This document shows positions 48,936 to 60,923 of a stretch of DNA of 64,000 nucleotides, one piece after another (the stretch's first letter is position 1; each line of letters begins with the position of its first letter). The stretch is from Zygnema circumcarinatum SAG 698-1b (Eukaryota > Plantae > Zygnematophyceae). The notes under the pieces are model-generated. The model was not told where the DNA came from. It searched no databases and was given only the letters and a program-made list of their open reading frames with translations. The DNA lies in the NCBI GenBank assembly GCA_037447605.1, contig CM074804.1, forward strand, positions 4,689,909-4,753,908, in the 5' to 3' direction. A program made the position numbers and the translations under genes.

Positions 48936-50003
48936 ACCACTCAAGTGGGCTGGAGGCTGGCAGGAGAATTGTGGGTGAGCATGGAACCCCCCCCCCTTTT
49001 TGTTGTCGCAGGGAGGGTTGGCAAAGGAGGTACTGTACAAAGGAGCGCGTCCGTGTGGGTGAAATGACCGGAACTACGCAGGAGGCAACGCCATGGCTTG
49101 CCATGACGCTCATGGCGTTAAATAACCTTTTTGGAGTTCGTTGAGAGTTGCGAATACCGGAAGTCTCCGTGTCTCCAAAATTCGTAGGCCGAGCTAGAAA
49201 AGCTCTCCAAGTCACACTCAAAACAGCGATAGTCGAACTCCCTTGTAAAACGCAGAGTGGCCTACAATTCAAGAACACCCAGGAGTTCCACATATACAAT
49301 CGCAAAAAAACGTGGCAACTTGTAACATGTGGCGACCTTATGTTTGTTTTTCACTTTTGTTTCTCCTCTTTTCGAGAAATGTGAATTGGTATTGGTCGCA
49401 CACGGCAGAAGCCCACAGACAGTTTCCCCTTCCGTGACCTCACCGCGCTCGTCCTTCCTACGGCCGCCGTGGCCTGCCGATGGCGATGGCGCCATCGTGT
49501 CCAGTACAGTACTGCTTTCGCATCCGAAGTGACCAATTAACACATGTACCGCGCCAATGACACGGGGGGCGGAGTGCCGATATGCGGTCTGCTACACAAT
49601 ACGATATGATACGATACGATACACTCCCGGCTCCCGCGGCAGCCCCGCCCGGCCGCCCGCCCGCGCGCGTCGTCCCTCGCCCTCAGGTCGGCAGGCGGGT
49701 CGGGTCGGGTCGGTCAACGCGCGCGGGCGGATTTGCCCTCCCCCTCCCTCCCCCCGGGCGACCAGCCGCGCGCGACGGCACGTGACGTCACAGGCCGCTT
49801 AAGTACGATAGGACAAAGACGGCCGCCGGCAGGCCCCGGGCGGCGCCGTACGGCACCGCCGTCACCCGCACTTCGCACGTCGGCGTCGCCGTACGGCCGT
49901 ACGACTAGCCGACCAGAGATTCGATCATCCGTACATGCGGCGGGCCCTCGGACATGTCCTCGGGTCCCCCGCTCGCAGGCCCGCCCGCCGGAACTTCGCT
50001 GCT

Positions 50004-50016
50004 GCCACGTGGCACA
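50004..50016. promoter_or_regulatory. G-box GCCACGTGGCACA in the kinase promoter
   Basis: Identical 13-mer to 44648-44660; a second GACACGTGGC lies near 50274. Confidence 0.4.
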
Positions 50017-50539
50017 CCGCACCGAGCACATTTTTACTGCGCACGGGCAGACCTAAAAGTTTCCACCCCCCGAAACGGCGAGCCCGTCGTGCCGGTCGTC
50101 GCGCGATCCGCCATTGGCCGGCCGCGGGAGCCGGCGGGCAGCCGCCGCGAAAAGTTTTGACCACAAAAGTTTCGGTCGGTGGCGGGCGGGGCGGGGCGGG
50201 GCGGCCCCTTGGGCCCGCCCGCCCGCACGGCCGGTCGGAACGAGGCCCTACCGCTCCATGGCGGGGCTCTGCTGACACGTGGCACGCTGGCTGTCCTTGC
50301 GCCCCCGCCCTCCTCCCGCGCGGCAGCTGATGCGGCGCCTCTCAGAGACGGGGGACAACGAGGGCCGGCTGGAGAGGAGCGGCCATGGCTGCACCTGCTT
50401 CGCCCCCCGGCTCTCTCTGACTGACGTGGCCTTCCACCTGGAGCGCTACACACGAGCGAGAGCCAAGGCTGCGTTACGAGTGATCTCCTTCTACAAGGCG
50501 GTAGCGAAGTTCGGCAGCTGCTCGCAGGGCGTGCCGGCC

Positions 50540-53500
50540 ATGGGCGCGTGCGTGTCATCCCCTGTGGCGGACAGGGCCTCCACTATGGCCGCCATGCAGA
50601 CGCAGCTGAGCCTCGGCTCGGAGCTCATCAGCAGCGAGTCGGGCGAGTCGGACGAAATCGCCTCTCCCGCCAGCGCGCGAGGTACGCGCTCTTGCAGGGC
50701 GCAGCTTTCGTGGCGGGGCAGGGCGGGCTGCTTTTGGAGACTCGTGAGGAAGCCATCCTCGTTTGGTCTATTAGGTAGCGGAAGGCTTTAGCTTAGGGCT
50801 CAATGACCTGAGGGACGTTGTACCTTGTTCAGTTGCTGGTAAGCAGTGTTGGAACAAACATGTGCGAAAAAAGAAGGGTTTGTTGGCGTGGTGTCTAATG
50901 AATCTTGAATAATCATAGCTGCTGAATGTAATGCAAAAGCAGAGTAGGGTATACATTCTAGTTCTGCAGAAATTCACCTTTTGCATTGCACTATTCTTTT
51001 CATTTAATGGACGGAGTGCTGCGGAACGCATGGCACCATTTCCAACGGATTACAGAGGTTTCCAGTCGGATCGTTTCTTCTTCTCAAGGTTTTTTAGATG
51101 CCACGATTCTTTTCAAAGTGCAGATTCAATGCCGACGCTGTTCCTCGCTCCTTCTGCATGAATAGCTGAATAAGGTTTTCTTGTTTCGTGCGTTGGTGGG
51201 AAATGCAGGACCAAACCGAAAGCGAACTAATATCTATTCAACTTTGTCAGATGAAACTCTAACATCGATGACATCTCCGAGATCTCCTCAAGAGCAGACC
51301 ATTCCGTTTGCAAAGAACGTCACGTACAGCGAATTGCAAGTAGCTACTCAGTTCTTTTCCTCCAATAATATTCTTGGTGCTGGCTCCTTTGGAAATGTAT
51401 ACAAAGGCGTTATGTCTAATTTAGCGGTTGAACTCGATGAGTCCGCGAGTCCGGTTTCGACAAGGCCTGTGGAAGTTGCCGTCAAGGAGCTAAGCCAGAA
51501 CAGTCGCCAAGGCAACAAGGAGTATCTTGTAAGCTCTATCACTCTTTCTCTTTCTCCCCTCTCAGACTCTGCCACTCAATCCTTGTTCTTTTTTTGCGAT
51601 TCTCTCGTTTGTTTCACTTCTTGTGCTTTTTCAAGCTTCGTGGACCGACTGTGACAATACTTCTTTCCGTTTCTCTCTGAAAATTGACTTTAGATTTCAT
51701 GTCCACGAAGATTTAGATTACAGGCATGGTCCAAATGCTCCGAACACTTCAAGATCTCTGCACTGCCAGTTGCTGGAAAGCTCGCTAACTTTTTTCGTCG
51801 CAGTTTATCCCGCACTTTGTATAATCTAAATTTGGGAGTTGCCTCTCTGAATTAGTAAGTCTAAAAGCCTCATATATGCGATTGCACGTTCGAAAGGTTG
51901 ACTAATGCATTTCCCGATGTTCCGGCTGTTGCGGTGCAGGCTGAGGTAAAAGTTTTGAATCGTGTGCGTCATCCAAATTTGGTCCGACTCCTCGCTCACT
52001 GCCACGAAGGTGGACGAGCCTTGCTGGCCTATGAGCTCTGCCCTAGCGGCCCTTTGGACAAGGCTCTGCAGAAGGGTGAGCTTGGATGCGGGTTTATTCC
52101 GTCTCACCCTTCCTTTTTTATATTTTCCTCTCCTCGTCCTTTGCCTAGTCCCTGTACGTGTGAGGAAAACATTGTACAGAGAAAGCAGGAGGAAAGAGAG
52201 TGGGAGAGAGTGGGAGAGAGTGGGAGTGTTGGAGGTGCTCACCCTGTTCCGTCCCTCGGCCACGCTGCTTGATGCCCCCCCCCTAATGGACCCCATCAGA
52301 TTTCCTATACTCTGTCTCTCTCTCTTCGCTTTTGGCGATGTGAAGTGAGCGTGCGATGATTGACCTGGAGGGTGCGCCTATGCGCAGGGGTCGAGCTGGG
52401 GAAGGCGCTGACGTGGCAGCAGCGGGTGGCGGTGGCCCTTGACGTGGCCCGCGGGCTGCTGTGCCTCCACCGCCACAACGTCATCCACCGCGACCTCAAG
52501 GCGAGCAACGTGCTGCTAACGGAGGTGAGGGGGAGGGAGGGAGGGAGGGAGGCACTGTCCTGTGCTTCAATGAACACCACTGAATAGCTACTAGGTTCTA
52601 TATGCTTGGACATATTCTTTACGGGTACGGGCGGAGTCTTGGCTCAGCAAGGCTTCGACGGTTTTGTTTGTCTAATGATTCCAGAGCATTGCATGTAGCA
52701 AATCGAGAGCTTCTGCACGCGAATTGGGTTTGCCTTGTTTAGGCGACTTCGCAAGAGAATTGCGGAGTTTCCTGAAACTAACTTGGGACTTGAAACTAAC
52801 TAACACACACGCATTGCCAGCATCTGGAGAGGAGAGAGCTCAATTGACTCTGCGTTTCTCTTGGAAGGACGAATGCTCTCTCTCTCTATTCCGGAACGTG
52901 TAGAGAATAAGCAGGCTTGTTTAGCACGTTCTTAAGCCCTTTCTCGTCATGCATGGCAAAATTCGGCCTGCAGGATTACTCTGCAAAGGTGGCTGACTTC
53001 GGTCTGGCGAGGGGCGGCCCCATCGGAGGGCAGACCCACGTCTCCACCAAAATCATGGGAACTCGCGGATACCTCGACCCGGGGTACATGGCCAGCGGTA
53101 AGCTGCACGGGGAGAGGACTCGAAAAAGCTGCTGCAGCTTTCCCAAGCATTTGAATACCTCACAATTCACAAAAGCCACTCGAAATGAATCTGCTGTTGT
53201 GCGAGAAGCTGAGTGCGCTGCGGGGAGGAGGGGGTGGCAGGGCGGCTCACAAAGAAGAGTGACACGTACGCGTTCGGGGTCGTGGTGTTGGAGTTGGTGA
53301 CCGGCCGGCCCTCCATGTACGGCTCGCTCACCCTCACGGAGTGGATGAGTCAGTATCTCGCACAGAAGAGGCCGGAGGTGGAACGGTTCATCGACCCCAA
53401 GCTGGGGGAGGACTACGACAGGATTCAGGTGGTGAAGCTCATCATTTTGGCCAAACACTGCCTGCAGGAGGACAGGATGCGGAGACCGGAAGTGGAAGCT

Positions 53501-53545
53501 ATAGTTAAGGTTTTGGAGAAGATCGTTGAGGAGACCAAGTGTTGA
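50540..53545 (+). CDS. Receptor-like cytoplasmic kinase (Pelle/RLK superfamily) with MGACVS acylation motif, multi-exon
   Basis: MGACVSSP; TYSELQVAT; [12 protein letters not shown]; VAVKEL; QGNKEYL|AEV; RHPNLVRLL; [17 protein letters not shown]; [12 protein letters not shown]; [10 protein letters not shown]; [17 protein letters not shown]; [18 protein letters not shown]. No TM or ectodomain seen. Confidence 0.92.
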
Positions 53546-55117
53546 GTGAGGAGGAAGAGGAAAAAGGCAGCGGCATTCAGAACCGGATCGGAGTTGAAGA
53601 CTGAAGAGGGAAGCATAAGGTAGCCAGGGCCACTGCAAAATCTCCCAAATAAATAAGGCCTGCTGCCCCGCCTGCTGCAGAAATCCTGCTTCCTCGAATA
53701 GACTGGACAGGTGAAGCGAAGCCAACTTCATGGAAACCAACCCTTCTAATCTTGAAACCGGGGTGGGTCCATAGTTAGCAACGGAGGCCCATGAATAGGA
53801 GCCCCTATTTGTTTTAGTGGGTTTGGCTATAGGTGCCCCTATTGCGGGGCACCCTGCAGCAGGCGGTTGTAGAGTACTGTTATCGTCGCAGGTGTGCCTT
53901 TACCTCACTCAAATCAACGCGCTGTTGACCGGCTGCCACCCGGCCGCCACTGGTCAGCGCTTGGATGCCCTTAGAGGCAGGATTGGCGGCTGGTAGGCTG
54001 TGCATAAAGGAGGGAAGGGTGCTGCTCTACGGCAGCGGCTGGAGAGATGAGATGGCACAGGCAATGAAGCTCCGATGTGTACCAATCGTTTGGTGGGCGG
54101 TTTGCCGTCTGGGAAAGAAAGTCCTCGGTGGAGAATCTCGTGACTGAGATGCGGGGAGCTGCGTAGCGAGTTGAAGAACCTTTGATCTTTGGTTTGCTGC
54201 TCTGATCGAATCTCACTCACCGTCTGTTGTTCCATTCGAGCATGAAGCAAGCACCGCACGGTGTGGGGGGGGGGGGCGCAATGATTCGAAGAGGAGCGTC
54301 GATCGCGGCAGCAGCTATTGGGATTCTGGCAGGCGGAGACACGCGGGAAGGCGATGTACTTTTACTATATTCGAACTTCAACTGGACTCGTTGTGGCCAT
54401 GTTGTAAAGTTGGTTTTTTTTAACATTAAAAAAGAAAAGGGTTATTGCGACTTTCTCGTGTCTCAAAAAAATTGGTAGCCAGAATCTCATTACCGATTGA
54501 ATTCTATTTCTTTGGTAGTGATACGATTAACTATTGTTCTCTCGTTCAATAGGAACTCGTTCTCTCGTTTGTCTCTCCTTTGTAATTGGTTGAACATTTG
54601 AACAATGAAATCTTTAGTCTGACGGCTCCATTGTCTGAATCGTGATTCGCAATATGCTGAAATCCGCACATGTGAGTGATCTATTTGAACATTTTGAAAC
54701 AACTACGAATGGGTTCAATCAACTCGGAATCTCATGTTCAACCTCATTCAATTACTTTGCGACGAGAAATGGTTGCCCGAAATCGTGTTCAAATGTTCAA
54801 AAAGGCTCCTTTGACGGTATGGCCGCGATCTGTTGCTCGAGTCGTGCATTCGCACTCGCCACTTTGACGCGCCCTCCTGCGGCGACTCGCTCGTGTTCTC
54901 CCTCGCGTCCCCTCCGCGTGCACTCACTGTTGTGTGTCACGGGATAGACGCACCGCCCGCCGCCCGCCGTATGGAGGAGATATTGAAGGCTGCCTGCTGC
55001 GCGGTGTGGAGACATGTTGTTGGCAGAGCTTGGAATGAGTGCGTCCATCATATGCTCATATGCCATGTCTTCTCCCCCTTTCCCCCTTCATCCTCTTCCT
55101 CTTATATGTTCTTCTTT

Positions 55118-55458
55118 TCAAAACCTCACCTAAAACGAAAGGGAAGTTATCACAAACCTGGAAATGTGTGTCATATCTCCATTTCCTTTTTTTTACATTT
55201 TTTTTTAAACAAATGGTGAATATCCATTGACATTGTAAGTCAAATAGACTTCGAAAATCACTTCGATGTCTTTTGTCCGCGCTTAAGCCAGTGCGTGTAG
55301 AAAACGTAAGAATGATTTCCGAAGTCTATTTGGTTTATATTGTCAATGGATATTCACCATTCGTTTTTAAGAAAATGAAAAAGAAAAGAGAGAGAGATAG
55401 GACACATTTCGTGCTCAAGTTTGTAATAATTTCACATATTTCTTAGGTGAGGTTTTGA
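55118..55458. repeat. ~340-bp imperfect foldback palindrome
   Basis: tcaaaacctcacctaa (55118) / ttaggtgaggttttga (to 55458); gaaatgtg / cacatttc; aatggtgaatatccattgaca / tgtcaatggatattcaccatt; caaatagacttcg / cgaagtctatttg. Central loop about 45 bp. Confidence 0.85.
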
Positions 55459-56687
55459 GTTTATATCTTTAAACAAGGTTATTGTAAACATATCTAATTT
55501 AATGTAATTGCTCATCTTTGGGAGTGTCCAACACTTCACAAGTCTTTTTTGTATATATTCAAGCAAGATTTGTATTTTGTGAACTTTTGGATTGTGTAAG
55601 GATAAAGAGATCAAAGTTGGCTCGACTGAACGTGTGTTCAAATGTATCGTCGTGGGGGCAAGGAGGCGGAGATGCGAAACCTGAACGAAGTGGTGAACTC
55701 AAGAATTGCTAACTTAAGCGTTTTACTTTTGTTCGTCTGCGGGGCTTGCGGCCCTGCAGTTGTGGCACTTGAAGACGTACTTTGAACGAATAAGGCTCTT
55801 GTAAGGCTGAAAAATGGCTGACTGTGAAGGCCAGGACTCCAATTGCCCGCTGTGAGATGTTTGACAGGATGTCACGCATAGTCTTTCGAGGAATGGTTAA
55901 CAGTAGGTTAGGCTACCGCAGGCCAAGCCTCAAGCTTCAGCTGAAGGTTTGTAGCTCGTTGCAGTGGTGAGACAAGTAGTGTGTACATCCAGCCCACTTT
56001 TGTCAAATGCGATTGTTTCCGATCTGGTCTTTTCAGTCTTTTTTTGCCATGGAGCTCACAAGGAACACAGATAGCCGCAATTGAGGCAGAGTGAGGAAAA
56101 AGTCGCAGAAGCATAAATTTCATCCTTGAAAGTAAATTATTGAAGGCCTGTGGAGTGTCCGTGTCAAATGGTTTCCGTTATTCGATCTACGCACCTTTAT
56201 AGCATTGCGTGCGTTCCTTAGGTCCAAGACACAGGCTCGACCTGCCTGCCTTGCCTGAGCAGCAGCAGCATCCCACGTGCTGCGCAAGCCCTTCGATCCC
56301 TCCTTGAACCCGCCCATCTGGAGCACTTCCAAGCAGAGGATAAATTGCCCTCCCTGCAATCCAACTTTCCCCCGGCGGCTCCTTTCAGTGCCGCCACTGA
56401 ACTGCATGGAAGCTCGCCCTTCCATTCCTCGGCCGTACAGACCCGTACAGATCGCCGAGGGGCGCAGGCGCCCGAAGGCGCGAGCTGGAACTTCGGCGGA
56501 GCGGAGCGATCGCGGCGGTCGGGCGGCCGACTTACAGAGAGAGAGAGGGGGGGAGAGAGAGAGAAAGAGAGAGTAGGGGGGAGAGGGAGAGAGAGGAAGA
56601 GAGAGAGAGAGAGGTGGGGGGAGAGAGAGAGGGTTGAGGCATCCCTCCGACGCAGGCCAGAGCGGGGGGGGGAAGGAACTCGCAGCC

Positions 56688-59600
56688 ATGGCGACGGTCA
56701 TGCAGAAGATTAAAGACATAGAAGACGAGGTATGGCTGGCAGTTGGCCTCCTGCGCTGGGAGCACGCTGCCTGCTGTGACATCTCTAAGTTAAAAATTAG
56801 CAGATTTTTTTTTTCTGCAGAATTACGCTTTTTCTACACATTCCTAGCGGACTTCTTACTCTTACTCTATATGGCCCTGCAATGCAATATATATGCAACC
56901 AAAAGCTTCGAAAGTCGGTCTAAACTCAGCGCGAGATGTCTGCATACCAAGCATGGGCTGAATCGCCACCATCAGTATCCTGACTTTCAATCACTTCCAC
57001 CCTTTTCTTCATCTCCGTAGCTAATCAAGGGAGTAGTGTGGCGTGTCTGATGGTTTCGCAGATGGCCAAAACGCAAAAGAACAAGGCTACAGCTCACCAC
57101 TTGGGTACTCTTAAGGTCAGTCGCTCATTTGTGAATGTTTTTCATCGCTGCCTTTGAAATACTTTCGGTATTTTTGGTGAGTTGCACGTCAGTGTCCCAC
57201 CGATTGCGAGGAAATGATTGGAGGGTAGTGCATGTGCAAGTGCGCTATGTGATTATGGAAATTTGGCAGCCGAAGTCAGAATTGGATATCCATTGCTTGA
57301 ACGTTAAGTCACAACATTCTAACAGTGATAGTAGCGAGAGTTCATGCTTAAACGCATCGTAATCATTTTAAAACGTTGAAAGTGAATTCATTTCGTGAAA
57401 TCGGTCTACATGATACAGTTCAGTTCATAGTCTACTGTTTAATGATAATCGGGAAAGTAAGCTGATGTTCTTGCATTACGTTTTCCAATTTGTGTTACAA
57501 TTCTGTACCATTCACAGGCCAAGCTTGCGAAATTGAGAAGAGAAATTTTGGCTCCTCCAAGTTCAGGCAAAGGAGGGGCAGGAGAGGGGTTTGACGTCAC
57601 AAAGAGCGGAGATTCTCGAGTGGGTCTTGTAGGCTTTCCGTCTGTCGGGAAGTCGACACTGCTCAATAAACTGACCGGGACCTTTTCGGAGGTCAGCATC
57701 GACCTCCTCCCACTTTTTATAAAACCCATGTCAATTAGCGCACGATAACATATGAGAACCCCAGCCTTCGGCTGAGCACTGCTCTTTCTCTCAGCCAAAT
57801 GCCCTACGAGTTTAGGGCCGCCAAGGAAGCTCCGCGAAGCCATGTGTCGTAATCTCGCGATAATTGTTTTGAAAAAATTCCAGCATCAATGGGTTACCGG
57901 ATGCACTTGGGACACTAAGAGAAGAGCTTGTCTACTTTTTTATACTTTGACAATCCCACACGCTTAAGTCTCTGTGACATTTTTTGCAAACAATGTTGTC
58001 TCACATAACTTCCTAGTTCGTGCCAGTGACGGCTCACTATCTGCCAAGGCGTCGTGTCCGCATTTTCCTAAGCTGAAGTCAAGAGTTTTATTGGTCGACC
58101 TTAGGGGTCAAATGGCATGAAAGACGACTTTAGGGAAGATTGGCAAGGTAGGCAAAGATAATGATTTCATCTAGCAGGTGGTATTAATGCTTGGGTACAA
58201 CTCGTACCATGTTTCAACCCTATCGCTAGATTATCTGATCTCAGCGTCAAACGACAACGTCAAATTGCATACTGTTTGCCTGAAGTTTGCTTACACGGAA
58301 GCATGTGGCAGGTGGCCTCATATGAATTCACAACATTGACCTGCATTCCTGGAGTAATTCGCTATCGCGGATCCAAAATTCAGGTGAGGGGGTGGCCAGC
58401 CTGCAGCGAGCTGTTTGCATGTCCTCTGAAGTTATTATACTTTTTAGACAACCTTGGTGAGAGCTCTTCAGGGTGACTCCGGCCATTCGTCGGTGACTCA
58501 CTTATGGCAAACGGGTGTGTTGCAATTTGAGCTGGCTGAGTATAGGGCGGTTTGTCTGGTAACAAGCAAGAACGTGATTCGCATTGCAGCATTAAAACGG
58601 GGCTTTCGGAATTTTGCAGCTTTTGGACCTTCCGGGAATTATTGAAGGAGCAAAAGATGGCAAAGGACGAGGAAGGCAGGTAGGCTTGGTTTCTCGTTTA
58701 GAAAAAAGTTCCCTCAGCTGAGTCTGCTGCGCCTTGGTTCATTTGTTTCAGATAATCCATTCCTTTTTTTTTCGGCCAGTACTGTCAATGTACCTAATCC
58801 ATACAGAACTTCGGAACTGACACTGCGAAAGTCATCAAGCAATGTTGAAGACTGTCCAGGGAAGGGACAGCTGCCGAGTTTTTTTATTCAGGAGTAAAGT
58901 ACGTGACTCGGTTCTCTCGATATAATAGTAATGGAGTGGACAATTTATTCGGGGCTTCCTGCAGGTTATATCTACTGCGCGTACATGCAACTGCATCTGC
59001 ATTGTGCTTGATGCAATTAAGCCCATCACACATAAACGTATTATTGAAAAGGAACTGGAAGGCTTCGGCATCAGGCGAGTTTTCTCCTTGTTCATCCGTC
59101 TCTTTATGATGCATACCTCTTTGAAGAGTCTTGCGTAGTTGCATAACTTTTGAGTGTGGACTTCTTGTTGAGTCTTTTACGCAATTCTGAAAGTGCCCAT
59201 ATCGTATCCTTTAGGCCATTTTTCGCTTACATAGCCTCTGGAATTACAGGTTAAATAAAGCTCCTCCAAATCTGACATTTAGAAGGAAAGATAAAGGAGG
59301 AGTTTCGCTCACGTCGACTGTGACTACCACAAATCTCGACCTTGATACGGTGAAGGCTATTTGTGGGGAATACAAAATCCACAACGCAGATGTCAGTTTG
59401 AAATACGATGCAACTGTGGATGACCTGATTGATGTTATTGAGGGAAATAGAATATACATGCCGTGTGTGTATGCGGTAAACAAGGTGGATCAGATCACGC
59501 TGGAAGAACTTCAAGTTCTTGACAAGCTGCCGCATTATGTTCCAATCAGGTGCAGCCCTCAGCTCTCGGAAAGTAGGCGCTTCATTGTTACAGGCACTTT

Positions 59601-60923
59601 CTGTGCTTTTGGTGTTTAGAGGAGCACGTCATATTTCTTGATCCTTAAGTTCGAAAGGTATTCCATTGATTGTTGGGCGTTGGCTTTGACTGGGAGGGAA
59701 GGCTGCAGTGCTCATCTGGAATGGAATTTAGACGGACTCTTGGAGAAGGTCTGGGAGTATCTTGATCTCATCCGTGTTTATACAAAACCACGAGGAGCAA
59801 ATCCGGATTATGAAGACCCTGTTATTCTATCAGCCCAGAAGAGGGCAGTCGAAGATTTCTGCAACAGAATCCATAAAGATATGGCAAAGCAGTTCAAATA
59901 GTACGTGCCTTCCCTCTCCCAACTCTTTTATGCTTAACTTTTCTCAGGAAGGGCCCGGGAGGCGTTGTACTAAAGCTGAAACTACAGATCAGCGTAACCG
60001 TAGTTAAGGTAGTTTCTGGTGCATGGAAAGAATTGCCATTTTTTCTTGATTTTCTAGGCATGCTTATGTGCATTGAGTAATGTTTGGTTTGGGCTGTCGA
60101 TGCTGGGTTGCAGTGCATTAGTGTGGGGCTCCAGCGCGAAGCATAAACCTCAACGAGTGGGCAAGGTAAGGAACAACTTTTACCTCCGCTTTTGCTTCTA
60201 ACTCGCAACTTTTTAGATCAGAGAAAGAAATTTCTCATTAGAGCCGTCAAATAGTCGTATCCGTCGCACTGACATGCCTTTCTTGCTAGACTGCTCCTAC
60301 CCCATCGTTCGTTCATAGCCACGAAAAATGGCGCCGAACGAACGAACGAAGATCGAAGAAGATTGTACGCTTCGTACGACGCCGTACGAAGCGGTTGTTC
60401 TTCATCATTTTGGGCCATGTCTGAGCCTGCAAAAAGACAGATACTTACGCGCATTCAGCCTCTGTTGGATCTCCATTGCTTGCAAACTGTGGACTTTCTT
60501 TGGCAGCAGGAATCTCTTACATGTCGACTTGCTTTAGAGGGTGCCCGATTTTCTTTTTCCCACTTTATCTTACCAGGGTTGTCGGCAGCTGGCCGGAGAG
60601 CCTGAAGTAGCAGAACTGTTTTTCGACATTCATGTGCATCCTGTCGTTCGGGATTTTCCTGCTGTTCCCATTACAGCCCTTGTTTTTCATTGGGCGAAGT
60701 ATAAAGATAACGCGTGGATGCTTAAGACTGGCACGACTTGGACATTGGCTGTTTGTTGCCTCGTTTGGAAGTGAAGTGGACGTGGCCTTGAATAGAGGTG
60801 CAGGAGCACCGAGAAACGGAGTGCTAATGTGATCTGAGGCCCTCCCTTCTGCTCGCCCTGCAGGAGCACGAGCTGGAGGACGAGGACGTGGTGCAGATCG
60901 TGAAGAGAGTGGGAACCGCTTGA
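56688..60923 (+). CDS. DRG1: Developmentally regulated GTP-binding protein (DRG, OBG family), multi-exon
   Basis: [14 protein letters not shown]|[15 protein letters not shown]; [11 protein letters not shown]; [12 protein letters not shown]; [18 protein letters not shown]; NKVDQI; TGS domain ending KHKPQRVGK|[14 protein letters not shown]. Confidence 0.97.

Noticed and set aside
49557-50330. Cluster of 65-175 aa ORFs upstream of the kinase
   Set aside because: GC-rich promoter shadow ORFs without recognisable domains.
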